A DNA stretch of 64,000 nucleotides from an uncultured Gammaproteobacteria bacterium (GTDB lineage: Bacteria; Patescibacteriota; Microgenomatia; Levybacterales; UBA12049). The first letter of the stretch is position 1, and each line of letters begins with the position of its first letter. The notes under the pieces were generated by a model. That model was given only the letters and a program-made list of their open reading frames with translations. It searched no databases and was not told the origin of the DNA. The stretch covers positions 13,423-77,422 of the forward strand of contig CAZSWA010000002.1 of the NCBI GenBank assembly GCA_964610465.1, read 5' to 3'. The position numbers and the translations under genes were made by a program. This document shows, piece by piece, positions 49,362 through 59,388 of this stretch.

Positions 49362-51296
49362 TTAAGCACTAATGAAAACTTTCTGCAAACCCAATGTGTC
49401 GAAATCTTTTTCAGGAAGATTTGCAAATACTTTGTAAAAATAGAAGAAATTTTTACTAATGATATCAATTGCTTCATGAAGTGTAATCTTGCCATTGTAA
49501 TGGGAAACAATGGCATCCCAGAAAATAGTCCTTCCGACGGCAAATCCGACAACACCTGGAACTTTTGCTCCTTCCTGTATCCATCTGGTAACTTTTTCTT
49601 TATTTGCACCTCGTCCTAGGACTACCATACTGACATTATTTCTGTTATCACTTCGTATCTGCCGCATAATTTTTTTGTAATCCTTTTCCGTTTCTAATCC
49701 TTCAAGTTTCCAGATATCAGGTTCTATTCGTGCATCTTGAAGCTCTTTTATAAGTTTTGCTACTAGTTTTGGACGAAGGATACTATCATACATGTCTATA
49801 TCGTTTTTCACTTTTGTAAGTTGCCTTTGAGATGGAGGTACGACAACTTCGAGGAGAAATTTATAGCCTCTTTGATGACAGAAATTACTTAGTTCCCTCA
49901 AACCTTTTTGCTGTGCTTTTTTCTGTTTTACGTCATCATCAGGATTGTATTTGATAAGTGCCTTTGCAAAAGTCGGATGATATAGTTCTATATGCGCTTT
50001 AAAATCTTCACCATACTCAAAAGTAAATGCCTTCTGTCCCGTTTTTTCAGTAGTAAGAATGGTTGAAAAATTATTTTTATTGGCATTTCGCAAAATTGCA
50101 TATCCGTATTCTTCATCTACCAATATTGCTGCATCTTCTTTGGGTATACCCATTGCAACTGCATCCCGAAAGGCTTCATAAATAATTTGTTTGAAATCCC
50201 GTATCAAAGCTCTCTGCTCAAGAGTCATATGTTCAACTTCAGTTTTAAATAAATGTTCAGCAAAGGTATTCCTATGGTCAAAAGCCAAAATATATAATGG
50301 ATTTCTATATCCTAGAGAATATTCTGTTGAATCAATCCGCTCACGCATTTTTTCTTTGGTGAGAAGCCCTGCTTCAGACCCTACTTTTTCAATTACAGAT
50401 GCTGCATTTAATGCTCCCCAGCGCATCGCTTCTGTGATTGACTGTCCGTGAAGTAATGCTGCAAGAAATCCTGAAGTATATGCATCTCCAGCTCCTGTTT
50501 TTTCAATAACTTTAGCAGGAACAAGCCCAAAGATATGTGTCTTTCCATGTTCATCAATCGTATATGATCCATGTGCTCCATCTGTCATAACGACAATTCT
50601 TGGACCAAGTTTTTGTAATTTTATAAGAAGTTCTTCTTTATATTTTTCATCATCATTTTTAGTCTCACTGCCAAAAAGGAGTTGCTCTCCTTCTTCTTTA
50701 TTGAGAAAAAGAACATACGTTTTGGCAAGGAGCTTTTTTACTACATCTTTTCCTTCTCGAAGTTGAATGCTACCGGGATTAAATGCAATTTGAACATTGT
50801 GAGTAACTGCATATTCAAGCGCTTTTTTGTAAGGTGTCTCCCATTCCTGTCCGAGACTGGTTAAGAAAAGCATTTTTGCATGAACCCCTTCATAATTGAA
50901 CTCGTGTTCACGATGAATATGCTCACTAAACAGCGTTCTGTCTCCTTTGAAATTGATAGCAATAGAAAACGAAGAGGGAGCGTGTCGTGAATGTTTGACA
51001 AAACTTCTTGTCATATTTTCATGAGCTAACATATTTACAATTTTGAGAGAGAATTCATCATTTCCAATTTCTGAGAAGAGTGCAGTTTTTATACCCAAAC
51101 GTGAAAGACCGACGGCAACATTGGTAGCATTCCCCCCAAGACAAAATTCACTATGCTCAACCTCTATTTTTTCACCATGCTTGACACAAAGGTCACGGCT
51201 AGCTGCGTCTACTCTGCATTTGTTGTTGGAATCATGGATTGAAAGGAAGATATCAAGCTTCGTATCACCTACACTGATGACATCATATTCGTACAT
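49362..51296 (-). CDS. PfkB sugar kinase fused to DUF2090-like aldolase domain (IolC-like)
   Basis: GGNATN, TGAGDAY; C-terminal ILAFDHR, PDIWKLEG, LGRG, GFAVGRTIF. Confidence 0.88.
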   Translation of the reverse strand: MYEYDVISVGDTKLDIFLSIHDSNNKCRVDAASRDLCVKHGEKIEVEHSEFCLGGNATNVAVGLSRLGIKTALFSEIGNDEFSLKIVNMLAHENMTRSFVKHSRHAPSSFSIAINFKGDRTLFSEHIHREHEFNYEGVHAKMLFLTSLGQEWETPYKKALEYAVTHNVQIAFNPGSIQLREGKDVVKKLLAKTYVLFLNKEEGEQLLFGSETKNDDEKYKEELLIKLQKLGPRIVVMTDGAHGSYTIDEHGKTHIFGLVPAKVIEKTGAGDAYTSGFLAALLHGQSITEAMRWGALNAASVIEKVGSEAGLLTKEKMRERIDSTEYSLGYRNPLYILAFDHRNTFAEHLFKTEVEHMTLEQRALIRDFKQIIYEAFRDAVAMGIPKEDAAILVDEEYGYAILRNANKNNFSTILTTEKTGQKAFTFEYGEDFKAHIELYHPTFAKALIKYNPDDDVKQKKAQQKGLRELSNFCHQRGYKFLLEVVVPPSQRQLTKVKNDIDMYDSILRPKLVAKLIKELQDARIEPDIWKLEGLETEKDYKKIMRQIRSDNRNNVSMVVLGRGANKEKVTRWIQEGAKVPGVVGFAVGRTIFWDAIVSHYNGKITLHEAIDIISKNFFYFYKVFANLPEKDFDTLGLQKVFISA

Positions 51297-51506
51297 ATTA
51301 AAATGCCTATTTTTAGCATAGAACTTTTTTTATGACATCTCAAGAGGGAAAAACATATAGAAGGTAGCATATAGTAAATAGCGAACGGCGAAAAGAGAGA
51401 AAGTATGAGTTATATGTAATATCCGATTATTGTTGAGGAGGATTTGAAGAACGCTAAACACTCTATTTGTTGCAATACATATTTTTTTTTGCTACTATGC
51501 GTATCC

Positions 51507-52925
51507 ATGCTGCCTAAAAAACTTGTTTTTGTTGATATCGAAACTACAGGCGCACGATCCTTTTATGATAGGATTATTGAAATAGGAATTTTGCGTGTTG
51601 AAGATAACAAAATAGTCTCAACCTTTAACTCTCTTGTCAATCCTGATGTTTACCTTCCTCAAGAAATAGAAATGCTTACTGGTATTACCTATCAGGATTT
51701 AGAACATGCTCCCACATTCAGACAAATTGCCAAAGATATATTTACTATGATAAAAGATTGTATTTTTGTTGCCCATAATGTGCGTTTTGATTATTCGTTT
51801 CTCAAAAATGAATTCAAACGAGAAGAAATCTCTTTCTCAGCGAAAAATCTTTGTACAGTAAAACTTTCCCGACTTCTCTATCCAGCATACCCTAAACACA
51901 ACCTTGATGCGCTGATTGAACGATTTGGCTTCTCCTGTGAAAGAAGACATCGTGCGTTTGATGATGCAAAGGTACTTTTTGATTTTTTTCAAAAAGTTCA
52001 ACAGGAATTTTCTCTAGAACTAATTGAAGAAGCAGTTAATAAAGTACTTAAAAAGCCATATCTGCCTCCCAAATTAAAACACACTGACCTTGAAACACTT
52101 CCTGAGCATGCAGGTGTCTATGTGTTTTATGCAGAAGGCGGGACTCCGCTTTATATCGGCAAAAGCAAAAATGTGAAAGAACGGGTGCTTTCTCATTTTT
52201 CTTCAGACATTAGTTCTCCATCTGAAATGAAAATAGCCCAACAAGTCGAAAGTATTGAAGTAGTAAAAACTCCAGGAGAGCTTGGAGCCTTGCTTCTTGA
52301 ATCGTATATGATCAAGAAATTTTTGCCTATTTATAATAAAAAATCACGTATAAAAAAAGAACTGATTGCACTTAAATATAAAGAAAATGAAGATGGATAT
52401 AAAACAGTCTATCTTGAACCGATAACTACAATTGATGTAGCATATCTTGATACATTCCTTGGTTTTTTTCGATCAAGAAGACAAGCAAAGGATTTTCTGG
52501 TACATCTTTGTAAAGAATATTCGTTATGTGAGAAGCTGCTCTCCCTTGAAAATACCAAGTCTTCCTGTTTTGCTTATAGACTGAATACCTGTAAAGGCGC
52601 ATGCATTAAAAAAGAAAAACCATTATTCTATAATTTGCGTTTTACCACAGCATTCTCTGCTTTTAAAATCAAACCGTGGCCATTTAGAGGACCTGTTATG
52701 ATTGAAGAGTATGATGATGAAGGAAATAAAGAATACTATGTATTAGATAAATGGTGCTACTTAGGAAAAATTACTCATGATAAGCAAGATAGTATACTTC
52801 CGGCTTCATTAGATACACTTATATTTGATCTTGATGTCTACTATATTCTAAAACAATATTTAAGAAATATAAAAAATAGCAAATATATTCATCAATGTAC
52901 GTATGAACAACTACAATCGTTCTAA
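51507..52925 (+). CDS. DEDDh 3'-5' exonuclease fused to GIY-YIG (UvrC/Cho-like) nuclease
   Basis: VDIETTG, AHNVRFD, HRAFDDA; GVY.F...LYIGKS; CxGxC; start ATG 51507. Confidence 0.9.
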   Translation: MLPKKLVFVDIETTGARSFYDRIIEIGILRVEDNKIVSTFNSLVNPDVYLPQEIEMLTGITYQDLEHAPTFRQIAKDIFTMIKDCIFVAHNVRFDYSFLKNEFKREEISFSAKNLCTVKLSRLLYPAYPKHNLDALIERFGFSCERRHRAFDDAKVLFDFFQKVQQEFSLELIEEAVNKVLKKPYLPPKLKHTDLETLPEHAGVYVFYAEGGTPLYIGKSKNVKERVLSHFSSDISSPSEMKIAQQVESIEVVKTPGELGALLLESYMIKKFLPIYNKKSRIKKELIALKYKENEDGYKTVYLEPITTIDVAYLDTFLGFFRSRRQAKDFLVHLCKEYSLCEKLLSLENTKSSCFAYRLNTCKGACIKKEKPLFYNLRFTTAFSAFKIKPWPFRGPVMIEEYDDEGNKEYYVLDKWCYLGKITHDKQDSILPASLDTLIFDLDVYYILKQYLRNIKNSKYIHQCTYEQLQSF

Positions 52926-52970
52926 AATAAATTCGTTTAACGAATATTGTTCTAGATAAATAAGCAGATT

Positions 52971-53132
52971 TTATCTAAAAAGCAAGAGTAAAAGTGCAAC
53001 TACTACAAATCCTCCTCCAAGCACTATATAAAACAAATCTTTCTCATGCTTTGTCCAATGATGACTTCTGCTTGCTGCATGTGATGTATGATGTCTTGCG
53101 ACATGTCTGTGTGAAACTTTTTTTCTTTTCAA
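52971..53132 (-). CDS. Unannotated 53-aa His-rich tail-anchored micro-protein
   Basis: AAAGGAGGTGATCA SD then TTG; MKRKKVSHRHVARHHTSHAASRSHHWTKHEKDLFYIVLGGGFVVVALLLLLFR*. Confidence 0.75.
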   Translation of the reverse strand: MKRKKVSHRHVARHHTSHAASRSHHWTKHEKDLFYIVLGGGFVVVALLLLLFR

Positions 53133-53162
53133 TCTGATCACCTCCTTTAAAATCTCTTGATT

Positions 53163-53221
53163 TTAAAGGATCCTCACGGAGGCCTGCGGCCTGAGAACCG
53201 CAGTTCGAAGGACCCTTCCTC
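53163..53221 (-). promoter_or_regulatory. GC-rich structured leader element of unknown class
   Basis: AAGGGUCCU/AGGAUCCUU outer stem, CUGCGG/CCGCAG inner stem. Confidence 0.5.
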
Positions 53222-53364
53222 GATAGTTTTCTTAAATTCTAATATTAAGTACTATTACAACATCCGAGACTTGCATTGCTCTTTTCACCACAAAAATAAT
53301 TGGTCTTTATCTATGATACAGTATTTTAAGATGGGCTTGTCAAGAGGAAAAATAGATGAGTAAA

Positions 53365-54084
53365 CTAGTAACTTACAAATGTACTTACCTGTGCTTTTGC
53401 ACGGAGTCCATCAAGCCACGGCTGATATTCTTCATTAAGTTTTTCTTGATATAACTTGTCATGTGCTAATTTGTTTAACTGTGCAGGGCTTTGATCTTGT
53501 AGAAGAGTATCTTTATTATTATCTATGTACGTTTGTATATCTTTATCAGTTATCTTAATGCGTTTTGCAAGCATTTTCTCAGCTAGTTTGTCTACCACAA
53601 TAAGTTTTTTGAGATCATTTCTTGTCATATTTTGGGCTTGTAACGCAGAATCTAATTTTTGATTTTGCTTGGCTAAGGTTGATTCCATCTGATTCATTTG
53701 ATCATTTACTTCTTTGTCGCTGACTGTGACATGTTCTCGTTGTGCTTCCTGTTCGACAAGTTTTCTCGTAATGAGTGAATCAAGAACTTGTTTCCCTTGC
53801 TGTTTTTCAAGTTCACTGATTACTGTAAAACGACTTATGGGCTGTCCATTGACAACTGCTGCAACAAAAAGGCCTCTGAAAATATAAAGAAGTGACGCAA
53901 GAACAATAAGTACAAAAGCGGTAATCGCATATGATTTTCTAATCCTAACACCTGAAGTTTTTGTAGTAGAAGTTTGAGATTTTCTAGAAGTATCTATAGT
54001 ATTTTCTTTAGGGACTGCTGTTTTTTTTGCTGTTGTTCTTTTTACTATTTTTTTAGTTGTAGATTTAGCTTTTGTTCTCGGCAT
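53365..54084 (-). CDS. SurA_N/PrsA-like chaperone lacking an obvious PPIase domain
   Basis: TM, AAVVNGQPIS, GKQVLDSLI, W...LRAKA.V. Confidence 0.8.
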   Translation of the reverse strand: MPRTKAKSTTKKIVKRTTAKKTAVPKENTIDTSRKSQTSTTKTSGVRIRKSYAITAFVLIVLASLLYIFRGLFVAAVVNGQPISRFTVISELEKQQGKQVLDSLITRKLVEQEAQREHVTVSDKEVNDQMNQMESTLAKQNQKLDSALQAQNMTRNDLKKLIVVDKLAEKMLAKRIKITDKDIQTYIDNNKDTLLQDQSPAQLNKLAHDKLYQEKLNEEYQPWLDGLRAKAQVSTFVSY

Positions 54085-54141
54085 AGTCAGTATTATATAG
54101 TCATCATTTTATAATTGCAAGACCTAAATTTATAGGTTTAT

Positions 54142-55335
54142 TTATTCAGGTGTAGAAGTTAATGTAGCTTGTAAATCAACTGTTTGCCTTTGTGAGTTAT
54201 CATTTTGATTATTATCACGATATACACTTATTGTTATCGTATCTCCTACTTTCTTTTTACTAATAAGAGTTGATAATTCTGTAGTTCCAGAAATTCTCTG
54301 TCCATCTATTTTGACAATAATATCTCCTTGTTGCACTCCCGCCTTTTCTGCCGGTGATCCCTGTACTACTTGCTGCACATATGCACCTTCTGGGATATTA
54401 TCAAGAAGTGCTAAATCACGTGAAATTGTTTTGTAGGCAACTCCAAGATATGGTCTATTAAATTGACCTGTTTGATTAAAGTTGTTCAAAGAATCTTTGA
54501 TAACATTGATAGGAATTGCAAAACCAATATTTTGTCCGCTTTCAGAAACCGCAGTATTTACTCCAATTACCTGTCCTGAAGAATTAAGAAGCGGACCTCC
54601 ACTATTCCCTGGATTTATTGCTGCATTGGTTTGGATTACATTATCAAGTTTTTCAACAAATCCTTCAAAAGGACTCCCAGCAGTAATGCCTCGTCCCAAT
54701 CCTGAAATAACTCCTGTGGTAACTGTATTTCTAAATTCTCCAAGTGCAGTTCCAATTGCGATTACATACTGACCAACTTGTAGATTTGAAGAGTTACCAA
54801 GATTAATTGGAGGTAATGACGTGCTTGCATTTTCATTGGGGTCTATTTTTAAAATTGCGACATCATTAAGAGGATCTCTATACACTTTTTGCACCGTGTA
54901 TTTTTTATCATCGTTAGTTATTATCTGATACTTTCCCTGGGTATCTGAAACAACATGTTTGTTGGTAACAATCATCCCGTCTGATGAAAGAATAAATCCT
55001 GAACCTATGCTCTGTGGTTGATTTGGTTGTATATTTTGTTGGCCTTGATCCTGCGGGAAAGGTATACCAAAAAAAGAGAATGGTCCTGAATCAAATGGCG
55101 AACTGTTAGATTGCTGTGGAGCGTTTTCAGCAACAGTAACAACTGAGGGACTTGCTTTTTTGACAATGTCTATTGTTACTGATTCTTCGGTAACTATTTT
55201 TATTTTTTCAGAACTTTGTGGAGTTGTAGAACTATTGATAAAATAATTCCCAAGGTTTGGAGCATATTTTTGAATGCTACTTATTACTCCAAGAACAATA
55301 AGCAAAACTGCAATTAATACTACTAACCTTCTCAT
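54142..55335 (-). CDS. HtrA/DegP-like serine protease with PDZ domain
   Basis: GSGF, TNKHV, D.AILKI, NPGNSGGPL, SPA.KAG PDZ. Confidence 0.95.
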   Translation of the reverse strand: MRRLVVLIAVLLIVLGVISSIQKYAPNLGNYFINSSTTPQSSEKIKIVTEESVTIDIVKKASPSVVTVAENAPQQSNSSPFDSGPFSFFGIPFPQDQGQQNIQPNQPQSIGSGFILSSDGMIVTNKHVVSDTQGKYQIITNDDKKYTVQKVYRDPLNDVAILKIDPNENASTSLPPINLGNSSNLQVGQYVIAIGTALGEFRNTVTTGVISGLGRGITAGSPFEGFVEKLDNVIQTNAAINPGNSGGPLLNSSGQVIGVNTAVSESGQNIGFAIPINVIKDSLNNFNQTGQFNRPYLGVAYKTISRDLALLDNIPEGAYVQQVVQGSPAEKAGVQQGDIIVKIDGQRISGTTELSTLISKKKVGDTITISVYRDNNQNDNSQRQTVDLQATLTSTPE

Positions 55336-55432
55336 TTCTGTTGTTCTTTATTATAAATATTCTTATGTTTCTCTGCAAGTGTAGTATGGAATTCTTAAAA
55401 AAAGCTGAAAAGTATGTGACTAATCTTTTTAT

Positions 55433-55699
55433 TTATTTTTTGGGTGCAGAAGTTTGAGGTTTGTGATTTTGATTATATTCTATGTGTGCTTTTACTAATT
55501 TGTTTACCATAGGCAACATTTTTTCTCTTTCTTGTTGTTGACTTTTATTCTCTCCAGAAAGAGGTATATAGTGATTGCTTGCCCACTGATATACATCCGA
55601 ATCGACATTTCCATGAAGTGCCTGTGTTGCAATCTCATCAAAATCAATCGTAGGGTTATTTTCTTGTTGATGTTAAGGTTTATTTTCAGGACTTCTCAT
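55433..55699 (-). pseudogene. Small gene with nonsense codon at position 9
   Basis: TATAAT-9-ATG; MRSPENKP*HQQENNPT...TSAPKK*, in frame (TAA at 55673-55675). Confidence 0.5.
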
Positions 55700-55714
55700 G
55701 TGATGAATATTATA

Positions 55715-56995
55715 TTATTGATTGACTAATGCTTCAACTGCTTTTTCAAGTTGTGTATCATGAGTTGGATCTTTTTGATCTAACTCAACGCTTATATCTG
55801 GTTTGAGTCCTGTACCATCTTTTCCATTTCCAACCCATGTACCATTTGGAGTTAACCATTTGGCAATAGTGATATGAAGTCCTGCTCCGCCACCTAGATC
55901 TTCTGCTTCTTGTACTGTTCCTTTCCCAAATGAATTTTCACCAACAAGTATGGCGCGTTTGTTGTCTCGCAACGCGCCTGAGACTATTTCGGCTGCAGAT
56001 GCTGAACCTTTATTGAGAAGAACTACCACAGGGATATCTGTTAATCGACCTTGTCCCGTAACTTTTTCAGAAGTTCTATTCCCATTTCTGTCTTCCTCTA
56101 AAACGACATCTCCATCTTTTATAAATTCTGAAGCAATATATTTCGCATCGTTCAAATATCCGCCAGGATTATTGCGTACATCCAAAATAATTCCTTTGGG
56201 CTTTTTACCATTTTGGATATCATTCACAATCCCATTTACGACATTTTGCCATTCCTGATTGGTTGAATCTCCAAATTGGGAGAGTCTTATATACGTAATG
56301 GGAGTATTGAGATTACTCTTTAAATCTCCATTTTTGTTTATCCCTTCAATATCTTTCACTTGTTTGGTCCAGGAAGTCACACTTTTAACAGATATTGTAT
56401 CTCTCACAATATGAATATCGGTTGGTGGCTCACCTGATTTTCGCAGTACAGTAAGTGTAACGGATGTTCCTTTGGGCCCTCTAATTTTATCAACTGCTTG
56501 ATTAAGAGACCAACCTGCAGTTACTACACCATCTACTTTTATCACCGCGTCTCCTGCTTTAACGCCTGCTTTTTGTGCTGGACTTCCATCAAGAGGTGCA
56601 ACGACAATAATTTGTTTATTTTTCATTCCGAGTTCTGCGCCAATTCCTTCAAATTTCCCTGCTAAATTCTGTTTGAAATTATCATTTTGTTGAGGAGGAA
56701 GATAAAGAGTATATGGATCGTCAACACTGTTCACCATTCCAGAAATTGCTCCGTCCAAGATTTTTTGCGCGTCTATTGCGTTCTTGTTGTAATAGTTGGA
56801 TTGAAGTTTATCAAGTACATTCCAGAACTGAGTAAAATCTGCATGCATCAATGAAGGTGGTGGTTCCTTGCTTGAGAATGCAACTTGCGGCTGAAAATTT
56901 TTCCAATCAAGACTAACTTTGGTTATTCCAACCCAGTAGCCTATCAATAATGAAACAACTATTATCAGCCCTAATCGTAATTTTGATGTATTCAT
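55715..56995 (-). CDS. S41 carboxyl-terminal processing protease (CtpA-like)
   Basis: FEGIGA PDZ, DVRNNPGG, SASAAEI, SFGKG; start ATG 56995 overlaps the upstream TGA. Confidence 0.94.
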   Translation of the reverse strand: MNTSKLRLGLIIVVSLLIGYWVGITKVSLDWKNFQPQVAFSSKEPPPSLMHADFTQFWNVLDKLQSNYYNKNAIDAQKILDGAISGMVNSVDDPYTLYLPPQQNDNFKQNLAGKFEGIGAELGMKNKQIIVVAPLDGSPAQKAGVKAGDAVIKVDGVVTAGWSLNQAVDKIRGPKGTSVTLTVLRKSGEPPTDIHIVRDTISVKSVTSWTKQVKDIEGINKNGDLKSNLNTPITYIRLSQFGDSTNQEWQNVVNGIVNDIQNGKKPKGIILDVRNNPGGYLNDAKYIASEFIKDGDVVLEEDRNGNRTSEKVTGQGRLTDIPVVVLLNKGSASAAEIVSGALRDNKRAILVGENSFGKGTVQEAEDLGGGAGLHITIAKWLTPNGTWVGNGKDGTGLKPDISVELDQKDPTHDTQLEKAVEALVNQ

Positions 56996-57780
56996 AAATC
57001 TGTGAGTAGTACTGCTTTCGCTTTCCCTTCCAGATATATCCTCTTTGCCTTCCATTTCATTAGTGTATCATATTCTCCATCAGGTATTTCAATTACAGGT
57101 GTGATAATATTTTTTTCTGTAAGATATGTGATATCTTCGTCCTCTATATTGGTTGCGATTATTCCTTTTACTCCTATCGCTATGGCTTTTAGTAAAATTT
57201 CTCTTTCAAATCGCTTCCCTGTAATTACTTTATCTATCACTTTATCATCTATTTGATAAGCTTGAATTCCTTTTCCATCTTCCGGCTCACGCAATTCATA
57301 TAATTCCCCTTCTCCTTTATCTCCGCTACCTTTGTTTGCTATGAGTGCGTTTGCCTGAGTAGTAACAGCAATTTTTTCATTATTGCATAAATCCACCATA
57401 CCATCAACAGGTGAAATAATATTTTCTGTAAGAGACTGGTATGAATTTCCATCTTCTGCCTGTAATTTGATAACAAGATTTCCGCTGTCGCGTTCATAGC
57501 GTATAACTGCTCCTTGGACGTTGCTTATCACTTCTGACTTGTCCATTCCGAGGAAATTACTTTTTATGGCAAGGATATCACCTGGGGTGACAATATCTCC
57601 TGGTTTTTTCTTCACCAGCGTTCTTGCTTTCTGGACCGGTACTCCTAATTCTTCTGCAATATTGATAATTTTTTCCTGGACAATTTCTTTTGTTGCAAGA
57701 GATTGCCCTTTTTTGACTGTATCACCTTGTTTTACAAGAGGTGAAAATCCATTTGATAAAGAAAATGTAAGTGTAGGCAT
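56992..57780 (-). CDS. Hypothetical protein with barrel-sandwich-like repeats
   Basis: VKQGDTVKKGQ.LA / PGD.V.PGDILA / SPVDG.V patterns. Confidence 0.7.
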   Translation of the reverse strand: MPTLTFSLSNGFSPLVKQGDTVKKGQSLATKEIVQEKIINIAEELGVPVQKARTLVKKKPGDIVTPGDILAIKSNFLGMDKSEVISNVQGAVIRYERDSGNLVIKLQAEDGNSYQSLTENIISPVDGMVDLCNNEKIAVTTQANALIANKGSGDKGEGELYELREPEDGKGIQAYQIDDKVIDKVITGKRFEREILLKAIAIGVKGIIATNIEDEDITYLTEKNIITPVIEIPDGEYDTLMKWKAKRIYLEGKAKAVLLTDL

Positions 57781-57808
57781 TGCGACCCTTTATTTAGAAT
57801 AGCAAATA

Positions 57809-58054
57809 TTAGTCGTGTGCTACAAATGGCAATAATGCAAGATGGCGGCCATATTTTACTGCGAGGGTGAGTTGTTTTTGATGATGACTGCAGAGACCAT
57901 TTACTTGCCTGTTTACAATCTTGCCTCTATCGGTAACAAACCTTTGCAAAACTGAAATATCAGCATAGTTTGGCTGTGATTTCTCAGTGCAGAAAAAGCA
58001 CGTCTTTGGCGCTACTGTTTTTTTTCTTTTTATAACTTTTCTTTCTTTTGCCAT
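57809..58054 (-). CDS. rpsR: 30S ribosomal protein S18
   Basis: CFFC, Y.D...L..F.TDRGKI, C..HQ, LALLPF. Confidence 0.95.
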   Translation of the reverse strand: MAKERKVIKRKKTVAPKTCFFCTEKSQPNYADISVLQRFVTDRGKIVNRQVNGLCSHHQKQLTLAVKYGRHLALLPFVAHD

Positions 58055-58065
58055 ATAATTACTTT

Positions 58066-58554
58066 CTAAAAAGGTATATCATCAGGAGCTACTTCTTCCC
58101 CTCCTGTACTCGCTGGTTCTTCGTGTGTTTCTTCTTTTTCTTCCTTTGCAGGTGCTTTGGCTTTTGGTTTGGCAGGTTCACTTGCTCTTTCTGTACCATT
58201 GGCAGCTGCAGTTCCTTGGTTTTTGTTATCAAGAAGTATCATATCATCAATCACAACTTCTGTAAGTGATTTTTGTTGTCCATCCTGTGCTGTCCAACTT
58301 CTGGTAGAAAGTCTTCCTTCTACATATACTTTTCTGCCTTTTACCAAAAACTGACTGCAAAGCTCTGCTAATTTATTCCAGGCAACAATTCTATGAAACT
58401 CTGTATCTTCCTTTTTCTCTCCGGAATCAGTTGTCCAGGAACGGTTGGTTGCCAAACCAAATGTACAGACCGCAGTACCACTTGGCGTATATCTAAGCTC
58501 TGGGTCTCTTGTCAAATTTCCTATCAACTGTACTCTGTTTAAACTTCGTGCCAT
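58066..58554 (-). CDS. ssb: Single-stranded DNA-binding protein
   Basis: NRVQLIGNLTRDPE; DDIPF tail. Confidence 0.98.
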   Translation of the reverse strand: MARSLNRVQLIGNLTRDPELRYTPSGTAVCTFGLATNRSWTTDSGEKKEDTEFHRIVAWNKLAELCSQFLVKGRKVYVEGRLSTRSWTAQDGQQKSLTEVVIDDMILLDNKNQGTAAANGTERASEPAKPKAKAPAKEEKEETHEEPASTGGEEVAPDDIPF

Positions 58555-58559
58555 ACCTT

Positions 58560-58838
58560 TTACTTCGTCCTCAAAAGCAAATGCCGTAATACTTTTTCAT
58601 TTCTATGTAATTTTTGTTCAACATCAGATGGGATAACCTTTTCTGTTTCCAATTTCATAAGGTGATAAAATCCGGCAAGCTCTTTTTTAATAGAGTACGC
58701 AAGCGGTTTTTGTCCCCACTCTTCTTCTTTGGTAATTTTTATATCTTTAAGCGATTCTTTGACACTTGTCAAAAGCTTTTTTCGCTCAATTTCAGACAGT
58801 GAAGGCTTAAGAACCAAAACTAAATCATATAAACGCAT
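58560..58838 (-). CDS. rpsF: 30S ribosomal protein S6
   Basis: MRLYD, WGQKPLAY.IKK, VLRHL. Confidence 0.95.
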   Translation of the reverse strand: MRLYDLVLVLKPSLSEIERKKLLTSVKESLKDIKITKEEEWGQKPLAYSIKKELAGFYHLMKLETEKVIPSDVEQKLHRNEKVLRHLLLRTK

Positions 58839-58908
58839 AGTAGTATCGTATAATTGTACTCAAATCTGCCTCAAAAAGCAAGAGATATATTATTTTTAAG
58901 CTGTGAAC

Positions 58909-59388
58909 AAAAAAAATGTAAGCCTTTTTCCCACGAAAAAACCCCTGGAACTTCAAATGCGCTTATACAAGCATTGCGGTGACGCCATTGTCACCGCCGT
59001 GTACAAATCGCATCCCTGCGAAATTCCAAGGGAGCACGCCATTGTGCCCCCAATAATCATGATGGGGTTAATCCCACCAGTTCCTTCGATAGTCTTTCGA
59101 TGGACCCGTAGGTCCTGTATGAAGAATCCACGGCATTCTGTCTCGCCAATCTGGCTGCCTCCATGCATGTTTTATGCAGAAAAAGAATCCTTTCGCTACT
59201 AGACTAACTGCCATGAAGACTACAGGTACAACTGCCCCTTGCATGCCGCGTTCCTTTCGTTTCTGGCGGGACGGTTCGCAGCACCTTACTGCAAATCCAT
59301 CTTTGCCAGACCAAGTCTCGATTGAAGCGGGATTTGGTCTGGCAAGCCAGAAAAGGTTTATATTGGGGTACACATGTAAAAGTGCTTA
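58909..59388 (-). ncRNA. Large (~470 nt) highly structured ncRNA of unknown family
   Basis: GC-rich island; own promoter TTGACT-17-TATTGT; many stems, a UNCG loop, twin AAUGGC-loop hairpins, pairable 5'/3' ends, U-run end. Confidence 0.75.

Noticed and set aside
53157-53363. Plus-strand 68-aa ORF
   Set aside because: No coding features; overlaps the structured leader and promoter-like boxes of the minus-strand micro-protein
58909-59388. RNase P RNA, tmRNA or rpsF leader as the identity of the large RNA
   Set aside because: The 3' GGCUUA resembles RNase P but no GAGGAAAGUCC partner is present; no tRNA-like ends; rpsF has its own -10 six nt before its ATG
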